A stretch of 60,492 nt of DNA, counting the filler. It is 6 parts of 6 records of this genome, joined end to end, with 100 filler letters (N's around TTAATTAATTAA, not from the genome) between each part and the next. Parts side by side here need not be neighbours in the genome. Positions count along the whole stretch, not along the records: positions 54,065 to 60,492 come from DRR723986_18152; 5 more parts are not named here. One strand, 5' to 3'. Position 1 is the stretch's first letter. The number at the start of each line of letters is the position of its first letter. The translations under genes were made by a program, and so were the position numbers. Below, one piece after another: positions 58,996-60,492 of the stretch. Under the pieces are notes generated by a model. It was not told the origin of the DNA, searched no databases, and worked only from the letters and a program-made list of their open reading frames with translations.

Positions 58996-60492
58996 TCATT
59001 GGCCGGCTAAGATCCAGCGGGCCGCTTTTTCGGCGATCATCAGGGTGGGCGAATTGGTGTTGCCGCTGGTGATTTCCGGCATGATGCTAGCATCGACCAC
59101 CCGCAGCCCGTTGACGCCCTTTACCCTCAGATGTGGGTCAAGCACGGCGGTGTCATCATCGGCACGTCCCATCTTTACAGTGCCGACCGGGTGAAAGATC
59201 GTGTTGGCGATGTCCCCGGCCAGCTTCGCGAGCTCGTCGTCGGTCTGGTACTGGATGCCAGGTTTGAATTCCTCGGGCCGGTAGCTGGCCATCGCCGGCT
59301 GCGCCATGATCCGCCGCACCTGGCGCAGGCTGTCGGCCGCGACCTTGCGGTCGTCCTCGGTGTCCAGGTAGTTCGGCGAGATCATCGGTGCGTCGCGGAA
59401 ATTGGCCGAGCGCAGGCGCACGGTGCCCCGGCTGCTGGGGTTCAGGTTGCACACGCTCACGGTCATGGCCGGGAAAGCGTGCAGAGGTTCGCCGAACGCA
59501 TCGAGGCTCAGCGGCTGAACGTGATATTCGAGGTTTGCATGCGCCCGCGTCTCGTCGGAGCGGGTGAAGGCGCCAAGCTGGCTGGGCGCCATGCTCATCG
59601 GGCCGGACCGCCGGAAGACATATTCCATGCCGATGGTCGCCTTGCCGAACAGCGTGCTGGCGAGGGCGTTCAACGTCCGTGTCCCGGCGACCTTGTAGAC
59701 CGCGCGAATTTGCAGGTGGTCCTGCAGGTTCTCTCCGACCGGTGCGTCGCGCAGGATCTCGATACCAAGCGGCCGTAGCACTTCTGCCGGCCCGATCCCG
59801 GATAACTGCAGGATCTGCGGCGAGTTGATCGCACCGGCGGACAGGACCGTCTCTCGCCGTGCGGTTACGGTGGCCGTGCGGCCATTGTGATTGACTCGCA
59901 CGCCCGTGCAGCGCACCGAACCGTCCGCCCCTGTCTCGAATGTCAGCTTCTCGACCTGCGCCTGGGTCCAGACCGTCAGGTTGCGTCGCTGCCTGGCGGG
60001 CCGCAGGAAGGCCTTGGATGTGTTCCACCGCCATCCCGACCGCTGGTTGACGTCGAAATAGCCGACGCCGGAATTGTCACCACTGTTGAAATCGTCGGTT
60101 TTCTGCACGCCCGTCTGCTCTGCCGCATCGGCAAAACTGTCGAGCACATCCCAGCGCAGGCGCTGCTTTTCGACACGCCACTCACCGCCATGTCCATGCA
60201 TGTCGGAAAACCGCTGGTTGTCGCCCATCTTCGGATCGGCACCACCGTCCAGCTTGTAGTGATCCTCATGCGCCTTGAAATCGGGCAGAGAGCTGTCCCA
60301 GGACCAGTCTTCCTCGCCTGTCAGTGCAGCCCAGTTGTCGTAGTCGCGGGCCTGCCCACGCATGTAGATCATGCCGTTGATCGAGGAACAGCCGCCCAGG
60401 GTCTTGCCACGCGGATAGCGCAGGGTCCGCCCGTTCAGGCCTTTGTCGGCCTCAGTGTTGTACATCCAGTCGGTGCGCGGATTGCCGATGCA
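58996..60492 (-). CDS. GMC flavoprotein oxidoreductase, probable 3-hydroxypropionate dehydrogenase (DddA-like), 5' truncated
   Basis: PRGKTLGGCSSINGMIY, SAGAINSPQILQLSGIG, GENLQDH, FHPVGT, GNTNSPT; directly upstream of dddD. Confidence 0.85.
   Translation of the reverse strand, partial: CIGNPRTDWMYNTEADKGLNGRTLRYPRGKTLGGCSSINGMIYMRGQARDYDNWAALTGEEDWSWDSSLPDFKAHEDHYKLDGGADPKMGDNQRFSDMHGHGGEWRVEKQRLRWDVLDSFADAAEQTGVQKTDDFNSGDNSGVGYFDVNQRSGWRWNTSKAFLRPARQRRNLTVWTQAQVEKLTFETGADGSVRCTGVRVNHNGRTATVTARRETVLSAGAINSPQILQLSGIGPAEVLRPLGIEILRDAPVGENLQDHLQIRAVYKVAGTRTLNALASTLFGKATIGMEYVFRRSGPMSMAPSQLGAFTRSDETRAHANLEYHVQPLSLDAFGEPLHAFPAMTVSVCNLNPSSRGTVRLRSANFRDAPMISPNYLDTEDDRKVAADSLRQVRRIMAQPAMASYRPEEFKPGIQYQTDDELAKLAGDIANTIFHPVGTVKMGRADDDTAVLDPHLRVKGVNGLRVVDASIMPEITSGNTNSPTLMIAEKAARWILAGQ

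Overview
This is not one locus. Six contig fragments are joined by 100-nt N spacers carrying the artificial all-frame stop linker TTAATTAATTAA, and they appear to come from several organisms. (1) 1-16576, planctomycete-like: epimerase, RNase E/G, a permease-less PTS cluster with two enzyme I paralogs, pabB/pabA and a DUF1549/DUF1553 protein. (2) 16677-21977 and (3) 22078-35302, Rhodobacteraceae-like housekeeping genes (pheT, alkA, HNH, purB, gshA, rsmE, ubiA, moaDE, pgsA, uvrC), with candidate NrdR boxes and an oriC-like intergenic region. (4) 35403-42397, an accessory fragment: an IclR/ABM-VOC/EthD module and a translationally coupled four-gene membrane operon (TM/coiled-coil protein, vWA-like protein, ZorA/MotA-like protein with a long tail, MotB/ZorB-like protein). 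This operon is the best candidate for an undescribed Zorya-related system. (5) 42498-53964, gammaproteobacterial-like: an aromatic catabolic cluster and a 1.7-kaa PKD/Ig-repeat lipoprotein ending in an animal-like Ly6/uPAR three-finger-type Cys domain. (6) 54065-60492: an IS5 element next to a probable DMSP catabolism cluster (dddA-dddD-dddT). All calls come from motif recognition by eye; no database searches were run, and taxonomic labels are inferences.
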